Assembly: GCA_013239625.1 (NCBI GenBank)
Contig: MU054220.1
Location: forward strand, 868,848-932,847
Length of the DNA stretch: 64,000 bases
Direction: 5' to 3'
Source of the DNA: Lama guanicoe
Taxonomy: Eukaryota
Shown here in pieces: positions 1 through 13,362 of this stretch. How positions within the stretch are numbered: the first letter of the stretch is position 1; each line of letters begins with the position of its first letter. Below the pieces are notes generated by a model. The model searched no databases and was not told the origin of the DNA. It was given only the letters and a program-made list of their open reading frames with translations. Made by a program: the position numbers and the translations under genes.

Positions 1-1699
1 GTCTGACTTATTACAGGTACTCGAAACAAAGAAGCAACTCTAATGTGAAAATTCAAGAATTTACATAGGTTTCTTTAGGATTATGGCTTTTACTACCCAT
101 TTTTAACTGAACTCCAGTCTGGCCGGGTGCATGTACTCAAGACCCTTCATACCTGGGATTAATAGGTGGAAATGTGACCAAGTTTTATGAGACATACAAA
201 ATGTGCCAGGCCATTATACTACTTAATAAACACTTAAACTAATATAAGTTCACATTCTTATTACATTTTAAAGTTTAAAAGTTTGAATATTAAAATTTAA
301 GCTATAATTCTAGGAACTGAATGTTTAATACCACAACTCTGAAAAGCAACTGAGATTTAGAGGAATAAATAACTTCTGGTTAATTATATCCCTGGAAGGT
401 CCATAATGAAACCCAGGTTTTCTGATGTCAAAAGGCCCTGAATTTTGAATCTGCACCATGTTTCCCCTTCTTTCTTCATGCCTTGTTCATACTGTTGTCT
501 TTCTTGTTCAGTTTCTAAATTTACAAATTTCTAATTTTCTCAATGCTCATGTCAAGGATTAGCTCATTTCATCTTTTTTGAAGATTGTAGATCATACTGG
601 TATTTTCCCTTCTGGAACTTATTTTGTACATGCATTGTTTCAGGAGTGCTCATGCAGTCTTGTTTCCCTCTTTATGGAGAAGGCATTGCCTTGAAACTTT
701 TGCATTAATAGACATGCTATGAAACAGAAATATATACAGTCTAGGTAATAATTAGACAATTGATGAAATGTAATTCCTCACTTCTTTATATGAGCAGACT
801 TTTGAGCAATGGCATTTCACAGGAACACTGGAAAGAAACAGACAACATCACAAAGAGGATCCGAAGGCAGTGATTCAACACACAACTGGGAGTCCGGTTA
901 TGGTCCAGCTCTTGGTTTTGTCTAAAACATGTCTAGGGATAAAAATGGTAAAGATGGAAGATGCGAAATGGGATTCTGAGCCTCACTGTCAGACGAATGG
1001 CAGCCAGGCTTTGAGAACAGCACTCAGTTCTGGAGACAAGCAGGCACCACTTTGCTTGGGTGCCATGGCTCAGTGAAGTTTTCTGTACATGAATTCAATT
1101 TCATGGATTTATATACATGTAATTAAATAATTGGTATGCACATAGCACACCATTCAAAACTTTGTGGAAAGATAATCAATTAGTCATCCCTAAGCATCCA
1201 CTTAAGGAGTTAAAACTGATATGAAAATTGTCCTTGAAAATACCCTGATTTTTCAAGAATATTTCCTTGAAGGGCTATTAACATTTTTTTTTTAATTTCT
1301 TGGGCTAGATATGGGAGAGGCTGGAGTTAATCTAAACTGCAGATTTGCAAAGTGTCCTGGAAAATATATCCTTTGTTTAATAAGAGAAATGAGTCTAAGA
1401 ATGGGTCTTTGAGTGGTTAGAAGTCTCTTAGAGAACCTGTAGCTTATATCCCCATTTAAAATAATGATCTCACCTACATTCTCACCAAGGGACAGACAGC
1501 CTCTGCTTAAGTATCCCAAGCAAAGAGAACTTTGCCACTGAACCAGTTCTTTTACCACATCATTTGACTTTAATAACACTTGTATTTATCCAGTTAAGGC
1601 CATTGTTCACTATTCATTGGTATGGTGTAACACTTAGAATTTGTGATTCAAAATGAGATTACCTGGATTTGTAATCTCCACATATTTCAGAAGAGAAGC

Positions 1700-1842
1700 A
1701 TTATGTGTCTGAGCTTTAGTGTCCTCATCCTCAGGGTAAGATTTGTGATAGTACCCATCCCATGTGTGATAAAAAGATGTAATAATGCAAATAGCAGGCC
1801 AAGCAACTTGCTGGTACCTAGGGAGTACAAAATAAATGAGTC
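1700..1842 (+). mobile_element. MIR SINE remnant
   Basis: ctgagctttagtgtcctcatc...gatagtaccca...gtaataatgcaa...ctggtacctagggagtacaaaataaatg. Confidence 0.6.
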
Positions 1843-2087
1843 ATGTTTTATTGCTTTTTTCATTATTATTTAGAATCCTTTGTTTCATCTGGGTGTGGCT
1901 CTACACAAGAGAAAAATGGAATAAATGATTGACACTGATTCAAGCTTATCTGCAGGGATGAACATGTTCTTCAGAATTATCATTGGATTTCTCATTGAAT
2001 TTTATTATATAATTATTGAATGAAATAAGCACAGGAAGCATATATTTAGCTCAGTGGAATGTTGTGATATTGAAGTTATTATATTAA

Positions 2088-2373
2088 NNNNNNNNNNNNN
2101 NNNNNNNNNNNNNNNNNNNNNNNNNNNNNNNNNNNNNNNNNNNNNNNNNNNNNNNNNNNNNNNNNNNNNNNNNNNNNNNNNNNNNNNNNNNNNNNNNNNN
2201 NNNNNNNNNNNNNNNNNNNNNNNNNNNNNNNNNNNNNNNNNNNNNNNNNNNNNNNNNNNNNNNNNNNNNNNNNNNNNNNNNNNNNNNNNNNNNNNNNNNN
2301 NNNNNNNNNNNNNNNNNNNNNNNNNNNNNNNNNNNNNNNNNNNNNNNNNNNNNNNNNNNNNNNNNNNNNNNNN
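2088..2373. other. Assembly gap
   Basis: Run of N. Confidence 1.
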
Positions 2374-2502
2374 AAACTGTCTCATATTCCAGTGCTTGGT
2401 ACAGAGTAGGGATTGACTGAATATTCACAATAATAATAATAATCCAATTTGAGGGGAAGAAATGTAGATGGAAAGAGTGTAGTTCTTAATAAGATAAGTG
2501 AA

Positions 2503-2606
2503 NNNNNNNNNNNNNNNNNNNNNNNNNNNNNNNNNNNNNNNNNNNNNNNNNNNNNNNNNNNNNNNNNNNNNNNNNNNNNNNNNNNNNNNNNNNNNNNNNN
2601 NNNNNN
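2503..2606. other. Assembly gap
   Basis: Run of N. Confidence 1.
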
Positions 2607-3022
2607 AGTGAATCTAAGATTGTAGTAAGTTGCTTACCATTTATCCACTGGCTCCTGTCTACTAAAGATCTAGGATTTCCTTGAGATATGCTAATTATTC
2701 ATATTGCCAGGTATGTGTTTGCACCAGAGTGATGAAGAAGGGTCTTCTAAGTGTCTTAAGCAACAAGTGTCAGGAAAGAAGCTAGACGTACACTTGAGAT
2801 AGAAGATATTGGATGGATTAGTAGAATCAAGCTGTTCTCAGGATATAATTGTTATCAACTGGTTGCTGAACTGATGTCCAGGTAAAAAGATAGGACAAGA
2901 GGGTATGAGACAGAGTGAAAAAGAAAGAAAAAGTCCAACACTTTCAGCTATACCTAATTAAAAGTAACGTTCTTTGTAGATTTTCCAGCTCAGACCGATA
3001 AGTTTACATCAGCCCACAGTAA

Positions 3023-3950
3023 ATGGAGAATCCCAACAATGTGACTGAATTCATCCTTTTGGGCATTACAAATAATCCAGAGCTGAGGAGAATACCCTCT
3101 GCTGTGTTTCTAATCATGTATGTGTCCACCGTCTTGTAAAACCTCCTCATTGTGGTAACCATGGTCACAGATCAGAGTCTGAGATCACCTATGTATTTTT
3201 TCCTTACTTCCTTGTCCATTTTGGATGTCACCTTCTCTTCTGTCATTGCACCCAAGTTGATTGTGGACTGTCTCTGAGAGCCCTACCATCTCCTTCAAAG
3301 GCTGCATGGCCCAACTGTTTGCAGAGCACTTCTTTGGTGGAGTGGGGATCATCCTTCTCACTGTCATGGCCTATGACCGCTACGTGGCCATCTGTAAGCC
3401 GCTGCACTACATGACCACTGTGAGGCCTCAGGTGTGCTGCCTGTTGCTGGGAGGGGCCTGGCTTGGGGGACTTTTCCATGCAGTTATACAGCTTCTCTTC
3501 ATGTATCAAATACCCTTCTGTGGCCCCAATATCATAGGCCACTTTCTGTGTGATTTGTTTCCATTGTTGAAACTGGCCTGCATGGACACCCACATCCTGG
3601 GCCTCTTGGTCATCCTCAGCAGTGGAGTGATGTGTCTGGCCATCTTCCTTATCCTCATCACCTCCTATGTGGTCATCCTTTGCTCCCTAACTACCTGCAG
3701 CTCTGAAGGATGGCATAAAGCACTCTCCACTTGTGGCTCCCACCTCATGGTGGTCGTCTTGTTCTTTATGTCATGCATTTTCTTGTACATGAGACCTGTG
3801 GTCACCTACCCCATAGACAAAGCAATGGCCATGTCCTTTACCATTGTTGCACCCATGTTAAATCCCTTGATCTACACCTTGAGGAACACGGAGGTGAAAA
3901 ATGCCATGAGGAAACTGTGGATGAAGCAAGGGACCTTGTGTGGTCATTAA
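3023..3950 (+). pseudogene. OR4C6-like olfactory receptor pseudogene
   Basis: ATG at 3023 reads [16 protein letters not shown]...VSTVL, then in-frame TAA at 3137-3139 where the paralog at 55530-56459 has GGA of the GN motif. There is a 2-bp deletion near 3268-3272 (928 bp vs 930 bp). The downstream frame (ORF 3261-3950) has [24 protein letters not shown] and [12 protein letters not shown]. Confidence 0.93.
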
Positions 3951-4249
3951 CTTATATGCTAGAACAAATCTTTCCTGAAGGACAGTGAGATGTTGTTCTC
4001 CCCATTCCAATTTATTCCAATCCTTTGAGGACACAGCAGCCAATGGCAGCTTTTAATCATGTGAGTCAGGTTAAGATCACATTACTGCCCACATCTCCAG
4101 TACATTTCTCTGTCTCTGTCTCTCCTTTTTTAACCTGCTTTTTGAATAATTCAAGCATGTCTCAGTTCTGGGCTTTGTGTTTCTTATGCAGCTCACTGCT
4201 GGCCTGCTCTTTTCCAGAGTTTTCCCTTGCCTGTCCAAATCTCATTATT

Positions 4250-4512
4250 TCCACTTTCAGTTGAACCTCCACCTTCTTAGATGAATTCTTTCCTGATGAC
4301 TTTCTCTAGCTCCCCTCAGTTATTCTCTTCATCTGGTTATATCCTGAATATCAACAGTCACAAACTAATCTAAGTTATTTGCTGACTTTTATTTCCTGTT
4401 TTCCCCACAAGGTGGCAATCCCTGTGAAGTCAGGGGTTATGTTTATTTGCTCATGCTAGGGTAGAGCATCGCTGGTCACCTAGTAGGTGTTTAAAAACAA
4501 TATTGAATGGAT
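4250..4512 (+). mobile_element. L2 3' end remnant
   Basis: cctgtgaagtcagggg...ctggtcacctagtaggtgtttaaaaacaatattgaatgg. Inverted paralog ~54890-55170. Confidence 0.6.
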
Positions 4513-4537
4513 ATAAATTTAAAAGTAGCTTAGCTTA

Positions 4538-7500
4538 GGGAGTAGACAAGATAGCAGAGCAGAAGGATGCTCTTAGCTCACCCTCTCCCGTGAATACAAC
4601 AAAAGAGACATCCAGGGACCCACCCATTCACTCAGAACACCTGCTGAACTTTGACAGAACATCACCTATTTCAAAAGACAAAATTTGTCACAAGTCTGGC
4701 AGGATAAAAAAAGAAGAAGAACCAGAAATTAGTGCACAACCTGTCCCATGGGGAGGAAGCAGCAAAGGAGAAATAGCTCTCTTATGCTGGGACTCCCCCT
4801 CTCCAATGGAGAGGTCAGCAGGGACACAGGGGTAACCTCTGAGGCTTGGATCTGTGCACAGCAGCCCTTGGCCAACAGAACTAAGTGAAACCAGCACAAA
4901 GGGTCCCTGGGACCCTCAGCCCTAGACACCAGCTGGAAGGGGTGGGCCGGGACTGGCTGCCTGAGCCAGGAGGAGGAGTGGGGCTGACTGCACAGAGGCA
5001 GCCTCGGGTGCTGTGGACTGGAGCGTATACAGAACAGAATAGCATGTGTCCCCCATTAAAAATAAAAGAAGAAAGAAAGCAACACTACTGGTGCACACTG
5101 TGGGGAGAAGCAGGGTGCGATACAGCTGTGTCATAGCTTTGTCCCCACAGACCCACGGCAGCATCGCTGGCACATTCTTGGGAGAAGAGAGGCAGGGCTC
5201 ATCTATGGCCACCATACTCACCTGTGCATGGCTCCCAGGCTGAGGTGGGATTGAAACCTGAATCTGTACCCAGGGGCTCCTCAGCTTCATAGACAGGACT
5301 GAGATTTGTTTACAACCCCAGGCAGAGAGAACCCCTTTGCTCCACAGGTGCCTTTGTGGACCCATGCCTCTAAGACAAATGAGCAAAAAGTGGAGTTCTG
5401 GCACACGTGGGGAAAAGGCTGGTGTGGCCATTTACTGTGAGCCCACCTACATGTGCAGATGTGGCACTGGGGACAGCATTGATTTGGTGGCTCATCCTGT
5501 GGGTCTCTGGAATGAGAAAGCAGGGATTGCACAATGGGGTGAGTACAGGGGTGATGTTTGGTGCTGGGGACAGCACTGACACAGTAGCACCAACACGCAG
5601 TCACTGAGGGCTGGGGCCCTGCCAGTGCAGGCCTCTAAGACTAGCAAGCAGAGATCAAGCAGCAGGGCAAGTGCAGAATGAGTGTTTGGTGCTGGGGTTG
5701 GTGCTGACCTGACAGTGCGCCACGATCCAGGTGTGCACCCAGAAGTTGGCAAAACTGCGCTTGTAGTGCTGAGAGCAGAGAACCTGGAGGACACCAGAGC
5801 AGAGCACTGACATTCCTGCGGACAAAGCAGGGACAAGGGCATAGTCAACAAAGAGTACTTAAAGCACTCCAACCCTGCCAGCTACACAGCACAGCTCAGA
5901 GACAGGTCTGGAAGCCTCCACTCCACCAAAAGGGGGAAAGATCTGGCCCCTGTCAGAGCCATGAGAACCACAGAACAAAAAGGAGTCCCCACTCAATAAT
6001 CAGGGAATGTTCTGGCCAGAACACTTCCCACCCAGTCGAAGAAATAACAGCCAACACATATGGAAGAAAGACATGGCAACATCCATACTAAAAAAAAACC
6101 TCATTACAAAATTATTAGGTGTGCAGTTTACACAAGAATGCATCGCCTTAAAAATAAAAAACATACTTTCATACACAAATCAATCAATGTGAGACACTAT
6201 ATCCAAAAAAGAAAGGACAAAATCCTCATGATCATCTCAATAGATGCAAAAAAAAGCATTTGATAAAATTCAACACCCATTTATGATTAAAAAAACACTT
6301 AACCAAAGTGGGTTTAGAGGGAACATATTTCAACATAATAAAAGCTATTTATAACAAACCTACAGCCAGCATAATACTTAATGGTGAAAAACTGAAAGGC
6401 TTCTCACTAAAATCTGAAACAAGAAAAGGATGCCCACTCTCACCATGTCTATTCAACATAGTCTTGGAAGTCCTAGGAACAGAAATCAGGCAAGAAAAAG
6501 AAATAAAAGGAATTCAAATTGGAAGAGAAGAGATAACATTGTCACTATATGTGAATGATATGACACTGTATGTAGAAAACTCTAAACGCTCCACACAAAA
6601 ACTACTAGAGCTGATAAAATAATTTGGCAATATAGCAGGATACAAGATTAACATACAATAATGAATTATATTTCTTCACTCAAACAATGAATTAGCAAGA
6701 AAGGAAAGGAAAGAAAAATTCCTTTTAAAATCGCATCCAAAACAATAAAATACTTAGGAATAAATCTGACCAAGTAGTTGAAAGACTTATACATGGAGAA
6801 CTACAAAACATATATTAAGGAAATTAATGTTGACTTAAGGAAATGGAAAGATATCCCATGTTCTTGGATTGGGAGAATCACTATCATTAAAATGGCCATA
6901 CTGCCCAAGGCAATCTATAGATGTAATGCAATCCCTATCAAATTACCCAGGGCATTTTTCACAGAACTGGAACAAACAATCCTAAAGTTTATATGGAATT
7001 ATGAAAGACCCAGAATTGCCAAAGCAATATTGAAGAAAAAGAATGAAGCTGGAGGAATAACCCTCCTAGACTTCAGACAATACTTACAGAGCTACAGTAA
7101 TCAAAATGGCATGATATTGGCATAAAAACCAACATATGGATCAATGGAACAAAATAGAGAGCCCAGAAATAAACCTACAGACCTATTGTCAATTAATCTT
7201 TGACAAAGGAGGCAAGAATATACAATGGAGAATACAGTCTCTTCAGCAAGTGGTGTTGGGAAAACTAAATAGCAGCATTTAAATCAATGAAGTTAGAACA
7301 CTCCCTCACACCATACACAAAAATAAATTCAAAATGGCTTAAAGACTTAAATATAAGACAAGACACAATCAATCTCCTAAAAGAAAACATAGGCAAAACA
7401 TTCTCTGACATAAATCTTAGCAGTGGTCTCCTAGGCCAGTCTTCCCAGGCAATAGAAATAAGAGCAAAAATAAACAAAAGGGACCTATACATTTATAAGC

Positions 7501-7792
7501 TTTTACACAGCAAAAGAAACCATGACCAAAACAAAATGACAACCCATGGAATGAGAGAAAATATTTGCAAATTATGCGACTGACAAAGGCTTAATATCCA
7601 GAATATATAAACAGCACATGCAACTTAATAAAAAAAAAATCAAAAATGGCCAGAAGATCTAAACAAGCAATTCTCCAATGAAGAAGTACAAATGACCAAG
7701 AGGCACATGAAAAAATGCTCAATATCATTAATTATCAAAGAAATGCAAATCAAAACTGCAAAGAAGTATCAACTCACACCAGTCAGAATGGC
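4538..7792 (+). mobile_element. LINE-1, internally deleted: 5'UTR joined to the RT/C-terminal half of ORF2
   Basis: Starts gggagtagacaagatagcagag (CpG-decayed L1 5' start), with a GC-rich 5'UTR to ~6060. ORF2 peptides follow: [67 protein letters not shown]. Stops and frameshifts present; no 3'UTR or poly(A). Confidence 0.92.
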
Positions 7793-8250
7793 TTTCTGAA
7801 GCATCTCAAAGTCAACTGAAAGTCAAAAGAACTTTAATTAGAATTTGACAGAAAGTGTTAATAACATCCAGAAGTTTCAAAACACTTGGTCAAATAGGAT
7901 CATAGGTCACTGTGAATATGTATTCACTTAATGAAAGTGCAAAAAATTTCAAAAGCAAATGCAGATCACTTAGAGGCAAGGAAGTTCACACAACCTGTTA
8001 TCCAAAAGCAGCATTTAAGTCCATTTAATCTCTCAACAGAGAGGAATCAAATCTAGCACCTGTGCCAGCCTACTTTTAATTGAAAAATCCAATCACCTAA
8101 TTGAATTTAATCTAATTTCAGCCTGAAGAAGCACAAAATTCCTTTTTCAGGGCTCCCTTTCTACAAACATTCCATAAATTTCTGTAGCCATTATTAGTGT
8201 CTCCCTTATGTCTCCATCCAGAAAAACAAACTAGTTTTTGAATTAAGTAT
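7793..8250. mobile_element. Possible ERV internal-region fragment
   Basis: Abrupt switch from L1; sequence texture resembles non-coding ERV1 internal sequence. Recognition only. Confidence 0.35.
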
Positions 8251-8271
8251 ACTTTTTTGACAAAAATGGAT

Positions 8272-8284
8272 GTATATGTATGTA

Positions 8285-8317
<33 letters not shown>

Positions 8318-8328
8318 AGGTATATATA
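8272..8328. repeat. (TG)n/(TA)n compound microsatellite
   Basis: gtatatgtatgtatgtgtgtgtgtgtgtgtatatatatatatata. Confidence 0.9.
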
Positions 8329-8329
8329 A

Positions 8330-8945
8330 TGTTTTCTTTATCCATTCATTCATCAATGGACATTTTGGTTGTTTCCATGTCTTAGCTATTGTGAATAATG
8401 CTGCAATATATGTGAGAGTAGAGATCGCTCTGCAGATTCCTGCTGTCATATTATTGGATACATGCACAGACATGAGATTGCTGAACCATATGGTAGTTTT
8501 ATTTTTAATATTTTTAGAAATCTCCATTATGTTCTCCATAGTGGCTGAACAAGTTTATATTCACATGGAAGTATAGTAGAGTTCCATTTTCACTGCATCC
8601 TCTCCAAAATGTATTGTCTGCCATGTATCTCATATAGCCATCCTTACAGGTGTAAGGTGATACCTCAGTTTAATTCTGATTTGCATTTCCCTGTTGATTA
8701 GTGATGTTGAGCAACTTCTCATGTCCATATTGACCATTTGTACGAAAAGTACCTATCTGTTTGAAAAATACCTATTCAAGGTTTTTGCCCACTTTTATTA
8801 TTTATTTTTGATGTTGTTATTTGGTTGTAGTTCTTTATATATTTTAGATATTAACTTACTATGAAATATATGATTTGCAAATATTTTCTCCCATCCCATA
8901 CGTTACTTTTTCATCTTGTTGATTGTTTCCTTCAATGTATAGAAA
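8330..8945 (-). mobile_element. Older LINE-1 (L1MA/MB-like) ORF2 end/3' region
   Basis: Antisense peptide AALFTIAKTWKQPKCP and typical L1 text such as tttgcatttccctg...gatgttgagca and tttgcaaatattttctccca. Confidence 0.88.
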
Positions 8946-8989
8946 CAGTGTTGATTTAGAGCTGGAGATACTGGACTTCAAGCTGATGT

Positions 8990-9315
8990 CATGATGGGAT
9001 GAGACTTAAGATACCTGATAGCTTTTTCCCCTTCCCTCTAGGTGCCCTGAGCTGCCCTTTTACACGTCTGACAACCACACTGGGCAGACATTGTCTACAT
9101 TGTCTTATATCATATGGAGAAGGAACACAACCCAAAAGAGCCCAGTCTTGCAGCCATCCCTGCCAAAGCACCATTCATAGAATTGAAATCATCTTGGACC
9201 CTCCTTACAAGCCCAGCAATCAGCTGAATGCCAGAGAGTGACCTCAGTCCATGCCATACAGGGCAGAAGAATTATTTAGTCAAGTTCTGCCTAAATTCAT
9301 ATACTGTCAGATACA
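8990..9315. mobile_element. MaLR LTR fragment (MLT1G/H-like)
   Basis: cagccatccctgccaaagcacc...catcttggaccctcc...cagctgaatgcca...gtgacctcagtc...gcagaagaa matches recalled MLT1H-type sequence. Confidence 0.7.
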
Positions 9316-10699
9316 GGCCAGTGAAAGGCAAAATAGCCCTGTGTGTGGACAGATGCAAACCTGTGTGTGAGCACATCAAATACATATACATGTGCATAAA
9401 CAAATGCTTTCAGATAGGTAGTCAGATACTGATCTATGTGCCATCATATACAGATCTATGTGTCTTCACATCTAGGCACAAACATACAATTGGATAGAGA
9501 CCTACATATTATTGAAAATCTATGTACAAGTGGTCATAGAGATTCTCATGAGGTTTGATACAGATCTGAGTTGTGGTGTAATACAAACCTGTGTATTTGT
9601 GCATACAGGGCAATGAATGCTTCAAAACAGACACATGACCGAGACTTTGAGGATTGTGCTGTATTTCATGATAGAAAAAGACCTTTCTGACCAGATCATT
9701 GAAAATATGAATCAAATGTAAATAAGAGGGGCCTCTTTTTAAATAATAAAACCATAAGGCAAGATGCATGTATACTCTGTGAGGATGATTACAAATTTTT
9801 ATAGAGACATCAATCAATCATTCACAATGTGGTTTTTTTTTTCTGGATTGGAACACAAGATATTAAAATGTAGTTCTTACAATAAACATGTAGTGTCATG
9901 ACATTCTAAACACATTTTATAGGAAGCTTTCAAACTTTGCAAAATGACCCTATAGTTTTGGGGGAGGAGGAGAGGATGAGGAGAGTGGTCCCCCAAAATG
10001 AGCACTCTTGACAGTTTAAAATTTGTTGTACTAAATAGAAAACTTTAAAATTGTTACTGAAATTAATAAAATTATGTTGGCAGATTATTATACCATTTAG
10101 GCTTAGATATTTCTTCATCATAAACAAAAATATAGGTGGGTTAAAAATATAAAATATTTTTAAAGGTTATATTTTTGAAAAAAGATTAAAATTGATAAAA
10201 TCATTAGAAAGTTATGAAATTGACCAAAAGTGATGTAATAGAAAAAAAATCAAAAAGTAAAAGAATATTAAAATAAGATCTTCATATAAAACATTCATAA
10301 CTATAGCAAAAAAGACATAATTTTAAATATTTGTAGTAAATGTCAAAGAAGAGTAAATATTTGTAGCAATATTATATATATATCTATATATAAAGATACA
10401 TAAAATATATAAAGATATATATATAAAGATATATATATATCTTCAGTGTAGAGTGTGTTAATCAATATTTATCTGTAAAATACACTCACTTCAATAGATC
10501 AAGATTTTAAGTAATTGACAAAGCCTATAGAGTGGATTCTGGGTCCCCTATATTGTTCAAGAAACAGTGAACACAAAGACAATTAAGAAAATTTCCCTGA
10601 CTTCAGGGAGATTGTAGACCAATGAACAGACAAAATTAATACAGACTTTTATCTCATCAATTGAAATAACTACAAAAATTTGAAAATTAACTAAATATC

Positions 10700-11057
10700 T
10701 GACTTGGTCCATTTGGTTACTAATAAAGAATACCATAGACTGGGTCGTTTAAATAATAAACATTTATTTTTCACAGGTTTGGGGATTCAAAAGTCCAAGA
10801 TTAAGATGCCAGCAGATTGCATATATGGTAAGGTCCCTTCCCTGTTGATAGACAGTTGCTGTTTTGCAGTGTCTTCACATGGCAGAAGGGTCAAGTGAGC
10901 TCTTGGGATCTCTTTAAAAGGAAATTAACCCCAATGATGAGGACTCCACCTTCATGACCTAATCATTTCCTAATAGTTCCATCTCTAAATATCACCACAT
11001 TATAAATGATTTAACTTCTGATTTTGGAGAGGGACACAACTCTCACTCCATAGCAAC
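10700..11057 (-). mobile_element. MaLR LTR (MLT1A-like)
   Basis: aataccatagactgggt...aaacatttattt...aagtccaagattaagatgccagcagatt...catgacctaatca. Confidence 0.85.
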
Positions 11058-12444
11058 ATCTAAAAGTGAAAGAATAAATTACATAAAATCTGATCAACTC
11101 AAATGTTTGATATTTTGGGAGGATAGTATTGTATTTGAAAAGACTTTGAGATGATATAAAAAATCTCCACTTAACAAGTATAAAAGTCAGAATATAAGGT
11201 TTCTCATACATTGTGACTTACTAATAAAAACCATCCGTTGCCCCAAAGACTTATCCCCTCATAAAGCAAGATTAAAAATTGGAAGTAGAATAGTAAGCTT
11301 TTTTGACCACATTCTATTGACCATTTAGAGGCAGATAATATTTTATTGCATCACTGATTCAGAGCGAGAGACTATTTTCTGAATATGTCTGTCAAAACCC
11401 CCAATATATTCTGGCTTATTTATTATCTAGTAATCAGTATTTCATTAATAAGATAGATGAGATGGTATATATAGTCAACATCTTCCTTAACAATATCACC
11501 CATAACATCTGATGTCAAGTTCTGTAGTTAGTGTTAGAAGCTTGTGGATTATGGTTTATACTAAATTTACACATGGAAGGCAGAGCCTGCATCTCTATAG
11601 AAGGCTATGAAACACTGTAAGCAAAAGAAGAGTTGGGGAGGTTGAAAAAGAGCAGATGTGTTCCCAGATATTCTAAACTATCTGGGAAGATTAAATGGTT
11701 GATCTTAATGAAAATATACATCCAGACAAATCTGCTCCACTTGAACAGATAATATGATTATGCAATTAGGAAAAGAAGTAAGATTTGTTTATTTTTCTGC
11801 ATTGAATGAACCTTATTCATTCAGATAATTTTTATTAATTTAACCACCTTATGATTAGCATTACAACTGAAACATCATTTTTCTTCAATGTTAACTTGCT
11901 AAGCAATATAAACAAAATAGTACATGCAAAGGGTCTTGCAGGCTAAAAATATTTTATGTACCTCAATGTTAACATAAGTTGTCTTTAGGGAAAGAGAGTG
12001 AATGACATTTTATGTTATATCTCTATTATTTTTTTAAGCTATAATGAGTCCTATTAATTATGAGAAAGATTATATTATATTACTGAAGAGTAACAGGAGA
12101 AAATCTTCCACTAACTAAAATAAATTTACAGTATTAAATGTAGCTTAACTTATTGTATAGTACATAAATCTATGTTCTCAATGGAGACACTTGCACCCAA
12201 AATTAAGAAACTGAAATCTTAAAAATGTATTTCAAACAATATATACATATGTATTGAACTATAAAATTATGCAAATTTAAGAGTATATTTTGATCATTGC
12301 AAGTATTCACAAAATAAATGTTTTTCATCACATCCAATTTACTAAACCTGAGGAGAAGTTTACTGCAGTTCAATAATTACATATACGTTTTTTGGAAAGA
12401 AAAATTCTTCTTTGAAAATAGATGATATATATATCCTTGCTGCT

Positions 12445-13362
12445 TCATGTACTTTTTCTGGTCCAGAGCTTTTTCATGGCATGTTTCATCTCTCCATTTC
12501 TCAGAGTATAGATTAGAGGGTTCAACATAGGGGTGATAATGGTGTAAAACACAGTCAAGGACTTATCAATGGGTAAGGTAGAAGGAGGTCTCACATACAT
12601 AAAGATACAGGGGACAAAGAAGAGGACCACCACAGTAATGTGGGAGCCACAGGTGGACAAGGCTTTGCGCCTCCCTTCCTGACTCAGATTCTTCAGGGAG
12701 TGCAGGATGACCCCATAGGAGATGAGTAAGAGCATAAAGATGACCACACACATTGCTCCATCATTGGCCACCACAGTGAGGCCAATAATGTAGGTGTCGG
12801 TGCAGGCAAGTTTTAACAAAGGGTGCATGTCACAGACGAAGTGGTCAATGACATTGGGACCACAGAAGGGAAGGTTGTAAACAAAGAAAAGTTGAACTAC
12901 AGCATGTAAAAACCCACCAACACAGGCCAATAGCAGTAGCAGAACACATGCTCGCTGATTCATGATTGTGGAATAATGCAAAGGTTTACAGATGGCCACG
13001 TAGCGGTCATAAGCCATGACCACCAGGAGGCAAACCTCAGCACCACCAAAAAAGTGCCATGTAAAAAGCTGGATCATGCAGGCTTGGAATGAAATGGCTT
13101 TCTTCTTGCTGAGTAAGTGTATAATCATATTTGGGGTGATTGTAGTAGAATAAAGAGCATCCATAAATGATAAATAGCCAAGAAAGAAGTACATAGGGGA
13201 ATCCAGGGTTGGGCTGACCACCACAGTCACAGCAATGAGTAGGTTGTCCACCATTGTCACAATGTAGATGAGCAAGAACACAACAAATAATATTTTCTGA
13301 CCCTGGGGGCTCTGAGTGAGCCCCAAGAGGACAAACTCAGTCACATTCCTCCTTTGGTCCAT
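12445..13362 (-). CDS. Olfactory receptor, family 4, OR4A-type, intact 305 aa
   Basis: Full ORF with N-glycosylation site NVT and motifs [54 protein letters not shown]1 has DN instead of the usual GN. Confidence 0.93.
   Translation of the reverse strand: MDQRRNVTEFVLLGLTQSPQGQKILFVVFLLIYIVTMVDNLLIAVTVVVSPTLDSPMYFFLGYLSFMDALYSTTITPNMIIHLLSKKKAISFQACMIQLFTWHFFGGAEVCLLVVMAYDRYVAICKPLHYSTIMNQRACVLLLLLACVGGFLHAVVQLFFVYNLPFCGPNVIDHFVCDMHPLLKLACTDTYIIGLTVVANDGAMCVVIFMLLLISYGVILHSLKNLSQEGRRKALSTCGSHITVVVLFFVPCIFMYVRPPSTLPIDKSLTVFYTIITPMLNPLIYTLRNGEMKHAMKKLWTRKST

Larger units (their letters stand above)
40..4530 (+). repeat. OR4C6-like duplicon, copy A (inverted relative to copy B)
   Basis: The reverse complement aligns by eye to ~54870-60775 (e.g. 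730-830 vs 59350-59450; 1400-1570 vs 57510-57690; 2607-2700 vs 56760-56850). Confidence 0.88.

Noticed and set aside
3185..3593. Antisense and alternate-frame ORFs over OR genes (also 12566, 19325, 27730, 55465-56297)
   Set aside because: Shadow ORFs caused by OR codon composition.
3261..3950. 229-aa ORF as an intact receptor
   Set aside because: Non-ATG start and missing TM1-TM2; the true start at 3023 is cut by a stop and a frameshift.
4590..5872. Dense cluster of short ORFs in GC-rich DNA
   Set aside because: This is the L1 5'UTR; high GC reduces stop codons.
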